Source: the human T2T-CHM13v2.0 reference genome, Homo sapiens
Assembly: GCF_009914755.1 (NCBI RefSeq)
Contig: NC_060937.1
Strand: one strand, 5' to 3'
Length of the DNA: 64,000 nucleotides
Positions 1 through 14,399 of this stretch are shown here, piece by piece (within the stretch, counting starts at the first letter, position 1; the number at the start of each line of letters is the position of its first letter). The notes under the pieces were generated by a model that was not told where the DNA came from, did no database searches, and saw only the letters and a program-made list of their open reading frames with translations. The translations under genes and the position numbers were made by a program.

Positions 1-845
1 AACAAAAACAAAAACCAAGAAATTGATTTTTGTTGTAATTGTAATGGTCAGTCACGAAAGATCTTAGGTAGGGGTGTGCTGTAGCTTGATTTTGTTTAGA
101 ACCACTTCAGAGAACTGTTAGAAGGCTGTTACATTGCTCTAGATGGGAGAAGATGTTTATATTTGGTGAGAGTAGTGGAGAGGTATGCGTTTTTAAAATA
201 TTTCCTACCATAGTGTGACAAACACAATGGACATTCTGTTGAGTGAATGAATGCTTGGAGAAGACCATTTGAGGAGAGATATCTAAGCAACTACAAAAGG
301 TCATTGATATATTGACCTTTTGTGCAATGAAATGTTGACATTTGAATTTACCAATAATTGTTGAGATCATGGAGGATGCCGCTATGGGTTGTAGTCTGAA
401 CTTGTGATATCGGTAGAGATAATACAAGGGTAATTCCTTTGTACTTCACTGTTCATCACAATGCAATGCTGAAAGAAAGGATTTCATTTGAGGTTAAGGA
501 GATTGTGCAATTGGAAAGTGGGGTGGTTTGACTTTTAAGGTAATCTTTTTCTGTACCTTTATATCTCCCTGTTATTGTCTCTACTTGTCCTGGGGATATT
601 GGTTGAGTTAAAAACACCATTTCTAAAAACGGAGACCTAGAACTTAGAGCGTTAGTAACACTGTAATAATATTCACTGGGGAGCAGAAACCGGAGCTATG
701 AGATGTGGAACATACTCTCTGAACAATCTATCTCATCGTTCAAGATATAAGAAGACCATGAGAGCTGCTAAGAATCATTCCATATTTGGATTTCTTTTTT
801 CCTAGAAATTAACTTTGTCACAATAGGTCCATGCGTCTCTTCTGG

Positions 846-1063
846 GAAGCAGCTGGCATAGAAGGGAGAGTATGTCCTTTGAATATCAGTTTATATCCTG
901 GTTTTGCCACATACTGATTTCAAGAGCTTGGGAAAACTATTTCACTTCTGGGCTCAGAGTTCTAAGCTGCAATATGGTAGCACTCATCTACTATTTTCAA
1001 AAATAACTGCTTTCGAATGCTTTTTATATGTGAGATCACGTATATGAATTAGCTTAAAGCATG
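846..1063 (+). mobile_element. MIR SINE, degenerate
   Basis: MIR core-like text (tcctggttttgccacatact...cttgggaaaactatttcacttctgggctcagagtt); boundaries approximate. Confidence 0.5.
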
Positions 1064-2009
1064 GTCTCTTTGTTTCCTTCCTAAGTGAGTAGTTGTCAGA
1101 TATAATTTTATTGCTGATCAATATTGCTATGTTGGGAGAACATAGAGGATTGAGAGATCCCAAGACAAAGGCTCATCAAGGTGTTAACTTGGGTGTAGAC
1201 TCCTGGCTTTCCCTTAGGACATGCAGAGACAGCCAAAGTAGGCAAAAATTAAGTGAGCTGATGGGTTTTGATGATTAAGCCAGAATCTGGGAGAATCAAA
1301 AGTCCACGCTGGCTATAAGTACATTTGGATGAAGGCTGCTGAGAACAGGAAAGTACTGAACCTCCATTTAGATGTGAGCTTTTGACTTGGTTACACTGTT
1401 TCCTCTCCAAACTGGCACTTTATTCTCAGCCCTCAAATAAAGAGCAACCATTGGATTTTGTAATGTAAAAATCATTATTGCCCTTAGGGAAAGGATTACT
1501 GAACTTTCTGTACCTAGTGTTTATGCCTTTAATAAGCACAGTGTTTCCAAAAGAATTGAATGCCTTTTTGTACTATGATGTTTTTCTATTACTACATCTA
1601 AGTTTTGTACCTTAATGTCTGGGAAGCTTGTTTACATAAATTCACAGAAACCTGACAAACAGTAGGAATTTGTTCTATAGAGATGGGTAAATCCCTAAAG
1701 AACTTGTTGGTTTCATGCTAACCACTTTGCTGTAGCCAGGCGCCTTTCCTTTCTAAGGAAAAGATTTATAGATGGGGAAAAGGTTCATGGGAAATAACAC
1801 TCAGGTCACTGCAGCAGCACCACACATTGAAAGTTCATCCAGCTCTATATGAAAACTCTTGCATGCTCTAACATTTGACTGAGCTTTAAGGTTTGTATGT
1901 AGCATTGCATTTTGATTCTAAGTATGACTCCATAAAGGGCAATAGCATAAAAATACTTCGTATTCTCCTAAACATTGAAAGCCAAAACATGAGGAGGAAG
2001 AATTTAAGC

Positions 2010-2310
2010 ATGGAGAAATGAGAATGGAGAGAAAAGCAAGAGTCAGATGGCAAAGGGCTTTGTGTGCCAGCCTCAAGGATTTAAACTTTATTCTTAGGAA
2101 ACTTTGGAAGATTGTGGGAGGCTTGTAAGACAGGAGATAATATTTTTAGAGATGCAATTTAGAAAGGTATCTGTTGGGGATCAGTGGAGGTTTGATGTGA
2201 AGGGTGAAGCCTAGAGGGAGATAGACCAGGTGGGTGATTTAGAGGAATTAAAGTGAAGAAAGAGGCCATGAAGTGTGGCCATGGTGGTAAGGATGGAAAG
2301 GTTGGGACAA
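2010..2310 (-). mobile_element. L2 LINE fragment
   Basis: Purine-rich antisense L2 text (aagggctttgtgtgcc...aaggatttaaactttattct...ttttagaaagg). Confidence 0.55.
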
Positions 2311-2953
2311 GTTTGGGTGGATGAATGAATAAAGAAAAAGCCAGGGCAACAAAATAATGGCAGTTAGAACACATGATTAATTTACTCTTTTGGCCAGACA
2401 ATTTCCTAACAAATCAACAGAGTATATATACCATGTTGAAAGAAACATTTTTGTGTAACATTTATCAAGGATATTTAGTTGGGTTGTGGAGACTTTGTAG
2501 ACTCTGGACAGAGCTACTTTTCCACTCACCTTCAAAACACTGCTTTATCATCATTTAGAGTGCTTTTTAAGGGATTCTCCTTATTAAAATCAACCAAAGG
2601 GAAATTAAAAGAGAGATAAAATATTATATATTTATTTTACTTCTGCTGTTGGATTCTTTGAAGGTCTACTGTGATTTCTTAGTTCCAGTAAGTTTTTAAT
2701 GGCTGTTAAAGAGTTCATCTCATTGGTTACTTTCATATTAGGAAATAAAGGAGGAGATTTAAACTGAGGAATACAACAGTAGTAGTTCATTTTTCTGGTT
2801 ATAAAGATTTATAAAATATTAAAACTGATGAATGCTTGGTGTGGAATTAGACATTATTTGGATGTTTTTCACCCTGTATCCTCTTTAGAAAGCATTTACA
2901 GTTCTTATTTACACCCTCCTGAGACAGCTAGGTCACAAACGCAGGAGTCATAT

Positions 2954-3497
2954 AGGGTCCAGAATAGGGTCTGGAGGCAGGGAACCTAAGGCCAATTCAC
3001 ACTGACTTCCCAGATCTAAATCAAGAGGAAAACCCCAACTTTCTGCACCCAAGTAACAAGAGGACCAGAGGCTACTCCCTTTGCACTGCCCCCACTTTTC
3101 TGCATGTCAGATAAAAATTGAAAGTACTTCTAATTGGTCCCCTGCTCTGCAACCAGTGAGACTGGTCAGTGGGGCAAGTTTCCATTTGCACAGGAGTATA
3201 ACTTGTAACTTCACTTCAGCCTCTGATTGGTCACTTTCTGCAACCAATCAGACTGATTGCAGGCCACTACTTCATTTGCATAGGGTGTATACCCAATAAC
3301 CCATGGGAACCCTCTAGAGGGTATTTAAACCTCAGAAAATTCTGTAACCCAGCTCTTGAGCCACTTCCACCCTGTGGTGTGTACTTCCATTTTCAATAAA
3401 TCTCTGCTTTTGTTGCTTTATTCTTTCCTTGCTTGGTGTGTTTTGTCCAATTCTTTGTTCAAGATTCCAAGAACCTGGATCCCCTTCACCGGGAACA
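2954..3497 (+). mobile_element. MER51-type solo LTR (ERV1)
   Basis: Matches recalled MER51 start agaatagggtctggaggcagggaacctaaggcc; TATTTAA 3322-3328, AATAAA 3395-3400, ends ...gggaaca; possible 4-bp TSD atat. Confidence 0.85.
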
Positions 3498-3989
3498 ATA
3501 TATATCACCTATGGAAAACATACACTGCTATGCATACAGTAGGCATTAAACAAAATCATATCATCATCCATAAAATAAGTATGTGTTGTGAGCATAGTAC
3601 TGAGTTGAGGTGGTGGAAATGAGAGGTGGGTCCAAAAAATGAAAGTTTCTTCTCTTACAATTTAGTTAATGAGACAATATACATCAATGTACAAGATTTG
3701 ACTGACAAAGTCGAATGGCAATCCAAGATAATCACAAGATACAGCAACAAGAAACATATGGTTGTGAACCAAATGAGTGATGGTGACAATAAATGTCCGA
3801 GAAGGAGAGAAAGCCACTTGGGCTGAGGTGGTCTAAGATGGGCCCCAGTAGAGTTTGTATAGATGGAGAGGAGGAAGCAGAGAACACAAAGACAGGGACA
3901 TGTCAGGTATGTTTTTTTTGGAAAGGGAACAATGGATGGTTGCAGCCTGAAAAGTAGATTATTGTCCAAGAATAAAGACAATATATCTT

Positions 3990-4220
3990 AGGTATTAAGA
4001 GCTGCTTTTGAGTTGTGAGTTAGAATTCCAGAACAGTCATCTGCCAACTATTTTTCTTTGGGCAAGAAAGTATCTCTCTAATCCTCAATTTCTTAATATA
4101 ATTTGACTAATAACAATTATTCGTTAGAGGTGTGTGTGTGTGTGAACTCGCGTGTGCATGTTTTAACTGACAATGCGTAAATAAAGTGCCCTGTACAGTG
4201 CTGTTTAGTAAATGGCAAAT
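3990..4220 (+). mobile_element. MIR SINE containing a short (TG)n tract
   Basis: tgggcaagaaagtatctctctaatcctcaatttcttaat core; (TG)n near 4129-4144. Confidence 0.4.
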
Positions 4221-4387
4221 TAAAGAACATAAGCTGTATATATCCTTGGGTAACAGGGATGGTTTTTAATGTGGACAGTGACATAATAAAAAACTCATAA
4301 GAAAGAATGATAGGACAATAATGAGTAAGATAGGGGATAAAGTTATAGGTAAGGACAGCGCTCAGGAAGCTATCACATTAAATCTAG

Positions 4388-4714
<327 letters not shown>

Positions 4715-4779
4715 TAAATGTCCAAATTATAATGGTGATAATAAAGATAAAACAAACAAACAAACAAATAACAATGGGG

Positions 4780-5480
4780 GTTGGATCTAAGAGATTTTAA
4801 ATAGAAGAAAAATAAGACTTTATGACTGATTGAATACAGGTAAGGGGTAAAGGCAAGAGGAAATCTACACAGATAATTCTGAAATTGTGAGAGACTCCGA
4901 TGTAGGGAATGCTGATTCTATTTTCAGGGAAGTGTGAAGGGACAGCCAGTTGCGGGGTGGGGTGGGGTTTGGTTTGAGATATATCGTTTTGCAGGCAGGA
5001 GGTAAAATGAAATTGCTGAGGTTTAGTTAGAAAGGCTCACAGGGCAGAGCCCACACATGGGAGAACCTCACACCTAGAAGAGTGAGAAGGGAGGGGAGAT
5101 GCTGTAAAGATGGCAGGTAAGGAGCAGGCAGGAGTGGGAGGAGAAACCTCAGGATGTAGTAAGAATCCGCCACAGAGAAGGGAACATCCAGCATGGGTGT
5201 GATGTCTAATCTGTAGAGCGACACTGCAAAGGAGCCTAAGGAACGTGCCAAAGCCTCTGAACTTGTCGGTGGGAGGTCACTGTCGACCCTTGAGAAGGCT
5301 GTTTTCATGCTTGAGAAACATGGTGGGTGGGAAAGACACCGGGGTGAGAAGAGATGGCAGTGGTAGGGACAGAAGACTGCAGGTGAGAAGTTAGACAATC
5401 AAAAGCAGAAAGCAAATTGTAGGTATCAGGAAGCAGATGGTTTTTCAAGATGAGTGATGCCAGAACCTTTAGGCAGGCAG
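4780..5480 (-). mobile_element. L2 LINE fragment
   Basis: Antisense L2-like text (ggaggtcactgtcgacccttgagaaggctgttttca...); approximate limits. Confidence 0.5.
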
Positions 5481-6834
5481 AAAGCATAGAACATTCAATG
5501 GAGAAACCTTAGTGTGCTGGAGAGGCAGGCACTAAGAAAAGAAGTAAGTTCTTGGAGTCGGAAGATGATAAAATGGAAAGAAGGTAAGAAACTGGATCAT
5601 CTCCACCTGTGAGATTAGAGAGGAGAAAAAAATGATAGATATAAACACAGGTATCTTGAATGGGGACTTTTCATTGGCCTTAGAAAAAATGAAATTTGAA
5701 ATTGTCTCCAAATCGGGAAGTGAGAAAACAGGAACCAATAATGGGAAAATGAGAGACGTTCTTTCAGAAAGAATCATGGCGTTTGGCCATTATTAGGAAG
5801 GTGAAAGAACAACAAACCTCATGTCTAGTATTGTGGGATGGGCAAGGGCATGGTCAACTAAGCAACTCTAATAACCCACAGTAATTCATGAAAGCATCTG
5901 CATCTCATCACAGAATTCTAAGATAAATTAACAAGGGTGATGACACATTCAAGGTAAAATGGTGCTGAAGAAAAACAAAGCTTTCAGTGATGGACTATCC
6001 TGCACTGTGGAGGCAGAAAAACTGGCATTTCCTGATCAGATGGAACTGTGAGAAATAAAGGAGAAACAAAAAACAGTAGGATACAACAGCTTAGAGTGTT
6101 TTGACATCAGTCAACAACTAGTGGGATTGCCCAGAAAGAACATTTAAACAACCAATGGAAGTGATCCAGAGAATAATAAACTCTTATTTTTAAGTTGCCT
6201 AATTAGAAAGTGACATGACAGCATATAAACAGGCAATATGTCAGCATTTCATCACCAAACATCCGAAGATGACAAACCAAACAACTGAACAAAATGTTAC
6301 AGAGTGGGACAGGACATTGTGAAGGGAAACTGCTTGCAAGCCAAAATTAATACTATTTTATGTGACATTTCAGAATGATGAGGCTTCAAAAAAACAGCAG
6401 ATGAAGAAACCCTTACTGATAATGAATGAGAAGAAAGAAATACCTGAGACTATGGAGAAAGACAAATATAAGAGAAGGCAGAATTTAGATCAGTTGTAGT
6501 TTAGGAGTGTGGACTGCATTTTGAAAAACCTGTTACCTAATCAGTCTTTGTACCTGAAGGTACAAACCACAGTAGACTGTGGAAAATATTTCCTTGGCCT
6601 TAAACGGCAGGGGGACCCTATGTAACAGTTTGCCCCTTTCCAAAAGGATTGAGTTGAAATGATGATTAGGGTCACTTCTATATGTGAAGTTCTGTGATAT
6701 TTGATGTTCAGGCAGGTATTTTCATGCAAGAATTCAGACACTATTGGATATCAGAAAGAACATTAGGAATAGAGGAATCAGAAACCATAACTGTGTGGCT
6801 TATGACAAGGCATTTGACTTCTCAGGTTGTTTTA

Positions 6835-7362
6835 GAACTACCATTTGACCCAGCAATCCCATTACTGGGTATATACCCGAAAGAATAGGAATCATTCTAT
6901 CATAAAGACACATGCACGCATATGTTAATCACAGCACTATTCACAATCGCAAAGACATGGAATCAACCTAAATGCTTATCAATGGTAGACTGAATAAAGA
7001 AAATGTGGCACATATACAATGTGGAATACTACACAGCCATAAAAAAGAATGAGATTATGTCCTTTGTAGCAACAGGGAGGGAGCTGGAGTCCATTTTCCT
7101 AAGCAAACTAACACAGGAACAGAAAACCAAATACCACATGTTCTCACTTATAAGTGGGAGCTAAACATTGAGTACAAATGGACACATAGAAGGGAACAAT
7201 AGGCACAAGGACCTACTTGAGGATGGAGGGTGAGAGGAGGGTGAGGATCCAAAAACTACCTATTGGGCACTATGCTTACAAAATAATCTGTTCGCCAAAT
7301 CCCTGCTGCAGGCAATTTACCTATATAACAAACCTGAACCTAAAAAAAAAAGATTTTAAAAA
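6835..7362 (+). mobile_element. 5'-truncated L1 (L1PA15/16-like) 3' end
   Basis: ORF2 C-terminus (ELPFDPAIPLLGIYPKE), 3'UTR catgttctcacttataagtgggagctaaac, A tail; TSD-like tcaggtt(g/t)tttt on both sides. Confidence 0.9.
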
Positions 7363-7451
7363 TCAGGTTTTTTTTTTTTTTGCCAAATATCGGCTATAGA
7401 AACAACTATGTTGTGGGTGACAGAACCTGTATCACCCTTTAGAAAAGAAAT

Positions 7452-7875
7452 ACTTCCTATCGGGAGGGGATCTGGTGCCTAGCGCCAAAGCATGGCATCT
7501 GGTGATGGCAGTGGGAGGCCTTGCTGCTCATGAAAGGGGTTGGTTGGTGGCTTTGCTGAGCTGGCTGCCAAGCTGTTTCCTCAATTAGGTCACAGGCCAT
7601 GGTGCTGAAGGTCTGGGAAGACTCCAAGGCCTCCGGAGACTCCAACAGTGTGGTCATGTACTGAAGAGTGGATTTTTACTTAGGCCCTGCGACTGGTCCG
7701 GGGTTACCATGTATACTGGGGAGGCATCATGGTGCCATGTCATACCGCTCAGAAAAGGTGACATACACCTGCCAGGATTTTGCTGTGATATGCTGAGGGT
7801 TGCTTTAAGCTATGAAACAAATATATCATGTCTTCCTGGAATATCAATGATTCCTCGGAGATCTTGAAGAAGAGT
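7452..7875 (+). pseudogene. Unidentified GC-rich insert, possible retrocopy fragment
   Basis: Abruptly GC/CpG-richer than flanks, flanked by aagaaat on both sides, Kozak-context ATG at 7492; parent not recognised. Confidence 0.3.
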
Positions 7876-7889
7876 AAGAAATTTAGATT

Positions 7890-8075
7890 GCTAAGGCAAA
7901 GGTAGCAGCTGTAATAAACTCCACAATATGCAATGACTCCGGCATGTAGAAGTGCTTTCTCACTAATGTAACTGTGAGCTTGGCATATAGCTTTCCCTTC
8001 AAGGGGTCCTTCGGGGACCTAGGTTTTTTCTGTGTTGTAGCTCTGCCATCTTCAACATGTGGCTTCCAAGGTCAG
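7890..8075. mobile_element. LTR33-like (ERVL) LTR fragment
   Basis: gtagctctgccatcttcaacatgtggcttccaaggtc resembles LTR33 consensus. Confidence 0.45.
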
Positions 8076-8083
8076 AATGCTCC

Positions 8084-8222
8084 TTTTTTTTTTTTTTTTT
8101 TTTTGAGAGATGGGATCTCACTATGTTGCCCAGGTTGGTCTGGAACTCCTGGGCTCAAGTGATCCACCCACCTCAGACTCCAAAATGCTGGAGATTACAG
8201 GTGTGAGCCACAACTCCTGGCC
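8084..8222 (-). mobile_element. FLAM_C free left Alu monomer
   Basis: Monomer-length Alu with poly(T) tail and atgctc-type TSD. Confidence 0.88.
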
Positions 8223-9332
8223 ATCATGCTCTTTTGCTTAAAGCCACTCAAAGGAGAAAGGGCCCAGAGGATTGAGCTTTAAAAAGTTTCTCAGTAAGGT
8301 TTAGAACAGGATCACATGTCAGCGACTGACACTCAAGAAAATGGTTACATATAATTGCAAAGAAGACTGGGAAAGCAACTTAACTCCATACATAGATAGA
8401 TGAAATAGCTTTGGAGAGAAGCTATGTAGCATTCTAACAATAATTGATAATTCAAATATTATCCAGACTTTTTCTATTAAAACAAACACACATATGATGT
8501 AGGACACAAATTCACATAGATTCTGAGGCCAATGTAACTAAAATTCAAAGATGCTTTCGGCTAGCTTGAGGCTACTCTGTGTTTACTATACCCAAGATCC
8601 TTGGAGCTCCACATTCAATCTTCTCTACCTAATTATTAAAAAGGGGCATAAACTTCATTCTACCTAGTTTATAATAGGCATTTAATATATATGTTTTGAT
8701 TAAATAAAACAGTGGATGCATGAAATGCTATCAGTCAGTACTTGTCTGACTCATAGGAAGTGGACAAGTGTCAGAAAGGCCTCTTGAAAGTACTTCCCTT
8801 TGGTCAGCTTCTAAGTTGTCACCTGGATAACTAGGAATAACTGAAATTTTACTTTAGAGACTCATGCTGGTTAAATATGATAACTTTTAGGAGTCCTTAC
8901 TAAAGGGGTAATATATTAGCAGTTATTCATATCTTAAGTTACAACTTAAGTTACAATGAAAATGTTGACTGAGATTAAAGCTGCTCCCTTTAAAGAGCTT
9001 CTTATTTTGGCTGAATTAACAAAGCAGTTTATAAACAACTCATGTCATTCATGTAACTGATGTGATAATAATTTCCATGTAATTGATTGATAATTTGACT
9101 AGCTTAATCACCCTTCCCCCACCCCCTTTTGTTACAGTTACTCTTCACCTGAATGACTTAAGAAGAAAAAGTGGGCAAAATAACTGGCACACATTAATGT
9201 AACTACATATTCACAAAATATAATGTGGGAAGAAGCAAGAAGGAATAAGAATAGTAAGTGATAGAAGAATAAGAAGATCATATACTGTGGATTTCCTCAG
9301 TCACCTGACTGCTAAAAAAATATCTAGTGATT

Positions 9333-9670
<338 letters not shown>

Positions 9671-9696
9671 TTAGTTTCCACCATAATTACCAATAG

Positions 9697-10230
9697 TCAT
9701 TCATTTGTATGTTCAACAAGTACTTACTATGTGCAATTACTGTCTTAGGAGGTAGGAATATATTTATTCATTCAATAAATATTTGTTAAGTACCTATCAT
9801 GTGTTAGCTACTGTTCTAGGAGAGGGGATATAGTAGTAAACAAATAGCCAATAAAATAAATATAGACTATGTCAGGTGAGGGAAGGAGAAAGAAGAGACA
9901 TAAAAGACCACAAAAGAACAGACAGTGATGAGGAAGTTGGATAGGTTTAAAGAAGACTTGTCTAGTAAGGTGATATTTGAGCAGACTGCTGAAAGAAAGG
10001 AAGCAGGAAGCCATGCAGGAATCTGGGGATAGAATGATCTAAACATAAGAAACAGCAAGTATAAAAGTCCAGAGGCAAAATACCATTGCTGAGAAAAAGC
10101 AAAGAGGTATATATACTTGCATTACAGTGAAGGGGAGAGAGTGCTAGAAAATCTAATAGGTTCGAGGAGGTGGAGGTGGACTAGATTACATATGCCCTTG
10201 AAGGCAATACTAAGACCTCTGAATTCTCTT
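9697..10230 (-). mobile_element. L2a 3' region
   Basis: attcattcaataaatatttgttaagtacct L2 tail followed by antisense L2 body. Confidence 0.75.
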
Positions 10231-10950
10231 CCTCTTGAAACTGGGTTGAGCTTAGTAACTTGTTTGACTAATCAACTGCATTAGTCAGATGGCATGCTGG
10301 GACTCCTGATGCTAGATCAAAAGAAACTTTGCAGATTATGCTTGCTCTGGAGAAGGTGAGCTGCCAAGTAAGACATCTGGATACTGTGAGACTACCATGT
10401 TGGATAGGCCACAAGTGGGTACTCTGGTCAAAAGTCCCAGCGGAGTAAGATATGGAGAGCTAGGCCTATAAGTGTACAAACTGTGTGATTGCATAGGGCT
10501 GTGCTAGTGCCTTCCTGAAAATCTTTAAAGAATTATCAGAGGAGCAGGCTAGTTGTTGCAAGAGTGGATTGTTATAAGGCAAGCCCAGCTCCTGGAGCTC
10601 CTCTCTTAGGCACACTCTCACTTGCCCTTTTGCTCTCCCACCATGGAATAGCACAGCATGATGGTCCTCACAAGATGCTGGTGCCATGCTCTTGGACTTC
10701 CCAGTCTCCAGAACTGTAAGAAATACATTTCTTTTGTTTATAAGTTACTCACTCTATGGTATTCTGTGATGGCAACAGAAGATGGACAAAGATAGTCCCA
10801 TAGACCTGTCTATTCACTAAAGTACCCTTAAATGTTCTTGTGGGGAACAGAAGAATCACCCAGCTGAACCAAATTTGTGACTTATAATAAAATAGTTGTT
10901 GTTTTAAGTCACTACTCTTTGAACAATTTTTTGTGCAGCAGAAGGTAAAA
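10231..10950 (+). mobile_element. MLT1 (G/H-like) MaLR LTR, interrupted by an MST fragment
   Basis: 5' part cttgaaactgggttgagcttagtaacttgtttgac...; 3' end gttgttgttttaagtcactactc...tgtgcagcag. Confidence 0.65.
10563..10793 (+). mobile_element. MST-family MaLR LTR, 3' part
   Basis: atgctggtgccatgctcttggacttcccagtctccagaactgtaagaaatac...gcaacagaagatggacaaagata. Confidence 0.75.
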
Positions 10951-10984
10951 AGATCAGACATCTTATCAGTTGTTTCTGTGATAT

Positions 10985-11520
10985 CCAAGTGGAAATATCC
11001 AGTAGATACTTTTCTGGGTTAAAAATAAATACTTGAGAACCATCAGCATATACATGATATGGAGGCCATGGGACTGAATAATGTGACCTGGGGAGTGAGT
11101 GTAAATTGAGGAGAGACCAGAAGATTGAGTCTTACTTTTTGCCCTCCAAGGTTGTAAGGACCTAACAAAGGAAATTGAGAGTAGCTTTGAGGTTATAGGA
11201 AAACCAAGAGATAATAAAATCTAAGCGGCCAAGGAAAGTAACGTGTTATGGAGGATGCAGTGATTAATGTTGTGAAATGCTACTGATCAAAAGAAGATGA
11301 GGACTGAGAATTGTCTATTGGATTTGGCAATATAGGGTCATTACTGAAAGTGATAAGGGACATTTCATAGAATAATGGCCATGGGAGAAAAGGAGAGCAG
11401 GAAATAGATCTAGCAAGCACAGAAAACCTTTCAATGAATTTTGCAGTAAAGGGAAGCAACAACCAAAGAGAAATATAGATAAGGTCAGGAGTTCTTGTTT
11501 TGTTGCTCAATGGGAATAAG
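10985..11520 (-). mobile_element. L2 LINE fragment (continuation)
   Basis: gatgaggactgagaattgtctattggatttggcaatatagggtcatt typical antisense L2. Confidence 0.65.
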
Positions 11521-11874
11521 AATGATGCAGTAGAGTAGAAAAATGGATTATTCAGGAGCCAATTGGCAACAGAGACACAAATAACTAAGCAAAGTAATTT
11601 TGGATTGTGATAAATGCTGTGAAGAAACTACATAGGATGCAGGACCTAGACAAATGTTGGGATTGTATTTTGGATAAAGTGGTGAAAGAAGACCTTTCTG
11701 GGATGTTTGAGTTAAGACCTAAAGATTTTCTTCAATCACCCAGGGAGAAGGATGAAGGGAGAAGAGAGAGAGAGAAGGAATAGAAAGATAGAAAGTTCAG
11801 GTGACCCAGCTGAGCTTGGCTGGGCATTTGAGGTATGGGGAAGGGGGCCAGTGCTGTTAAAGAAAAGTGAGCAC

Positions 11875-12235
<361 letters not shown>

Positions 12236-13196
12236 TCATTGTTTGTCAATCACAATAAGTTTGGATTTTATTGTAAGTGCAAAAGGAAGTCTCTGGAGGA
12301 TTGTAAATAGGAGAATAGTTTAATATGATCGTTAATAATATGATTAACAGCAATTTTATCATCTTGCATTTTGAAGTGCTTTATGATTTATAAGCGCTGA
12401 ATCTCATAAACAGAGACTCAGAGTTTGAATCATTTGCCTAAGGTGTGAGCACAGATCTGGACACCCAGCTCAGTGGTAAGTGCAGAGAACGGACTCAAAC
12501 CCAGTTCCGTCACTTGGCAATGCCAGTGATTTTTTTCCACCACTCCAGTCTGCTATTCTCATTGCTTGTTTACGCTCTCCGCACACTGGAGTTCATACTG
12601 ATCACTCTGTGCCTCAACAGAAACTCTCTACTGCTGTCCCTTATGTCTTGTCTTTGATTCTTAAACACATCAGAATCAGTCCACACCTTTCACATTTTAT
12701 GCCTCCTGCCACCCACCAAAAAGGTCAAGTGACCTTCTTCCTGCTCTCCTGCTTCTCCATCCCTTCTCACACTGAGCTCTATAGTTATTGTTGTCTGTTG
12801 CTCTTCATTTTGTGAAATTATAATGACTTCTTAGAGGTCAAAGACTTTATCTTAATACTTCCTTCAATTAATCTTACTATGCACAGAATAGGCAATAATA
12901 TATGCCTCAGATAAACGAAGCAATGTGTTTCAAGGGCCAAAGCTTGTTTTCATTTAGAACTATAGAATTTCTCACCTACGTATTCTGAACAAGGTCAATG
13001 AAACAATCACAGAGGATGTTATTTCAAAATGTCTGATGCAAGTAACCCTGGAACTATTGGATGGCATTGTGTGTCATAGGATCAATGTTCTATAAGACAC
13101 AGGACATTTATGTTTACTGAAAGGATAAGCTTTTCAAATTTGATAGATTGAGAAAGCAGAAATGTTTCTACTATCTACAATTGAAAATACTGATTT

Positions 13197-13314
13197 TTTT
13201 TGGGTATTTTTAAAATTGATATATCACCATACTTATTTGGTGGTACATGTGATACTGTGATGCAAGTATACAATGTGTAATGATCAAATCAGGGTAATTG
13301 GGAAGTCCATCATC
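13197..13314 (-). mobile_element. Very short 5'-truncated L1MA 3' end
   Basis: tatacaatgtgtaatgatcaaatcagggtaattggg L1MA 3'UTR; TSD ttgaaaatact(g/a)attt 13181-13196 and 13315-13330. Confidence 0.85.
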
Positions 13315-14399
13315 TTGAAAATACTAATTTACAATAAGAAACTTGCTTTTATTGGTGAATGAAAATGATCTGGTATTTCAAGCAGAAGAGATTAAGAATT
13401 ATGCCACCTATGTAAGAGTAGGTTACTAGAGAGCAATATATTTTATTAAAATCAATGAGATTTGTGACTGGAACATATGGATTGTATTATAAAAGCCTGT
13501 AATATAGCTCTTCACTTGTGACTATTTAATCTTCATGTTACACTTTTCAGGCATTTTGATCTTTAGTTTTTGGCATAAGTCAATGAGCAAAAGGATCCTC
13601 TTAAATCTTTGCAACACAGGAAGGATTCCCAAATTAGAGACTGTATTTTAGTCAACACAGAATTTACCTTATAACTGGAGTCAGGGAGATAGTGACTGAA
13701 AATGTTCCATTGGCTCCAGTTGTCCCAACTCATGAAAAAACCCCAAAGAGGAGAACTGCTAAGTCCAGGTCTCTACCATCTTCACCATCTCCACAAGGTG
13801 AAGGACATGGACATGGATCAAGCTAAATAAAATTTCTATAATATTTCATTTATTTCCAATCAGCTGCTGCCACATAGAAACAACAGTATGGTGGCCAAAT
13901 TTATTGCAGAAAAGTTTAAATTATTGAAGTTTCGGTATAAGATAGGAACATCTATATTAAATCATTATTTATATGCAAAGATTATTAAAAATTTATTTTA
14001 ACGTGGAACATAAAATCAGTGCAGCACAAGATTCATCTGCAGTGTAATTATTTCACTTTGTGTGGGAATGAAGTTATTCCTTTTGAGTTTAAGTCATCAA
14101 GAGGCAAAAGGAAAAAAACCTCACCCTAAAACTGAACTTGCTTTACTTGTTAAGATAGAAGCATAATAGAGCTACAACCTTAGCTATATACAGATTACAA
14201 AACTAAGGAACTACTTTTACAGTAAGTCAAATTATGAGGTAATATTTTATACCATGAAATCCTAGTAATATAAAAAAATCTGTCAAGAAATCTACAAATG
14301 ATTCAACAGCAAGTTGAGACTTGGAAAAGAAAAGAATTGCATAGTATTCACCTGTATCAGCTTAGCTATAATTATGTAGATAAAACTATATGTAATTTT

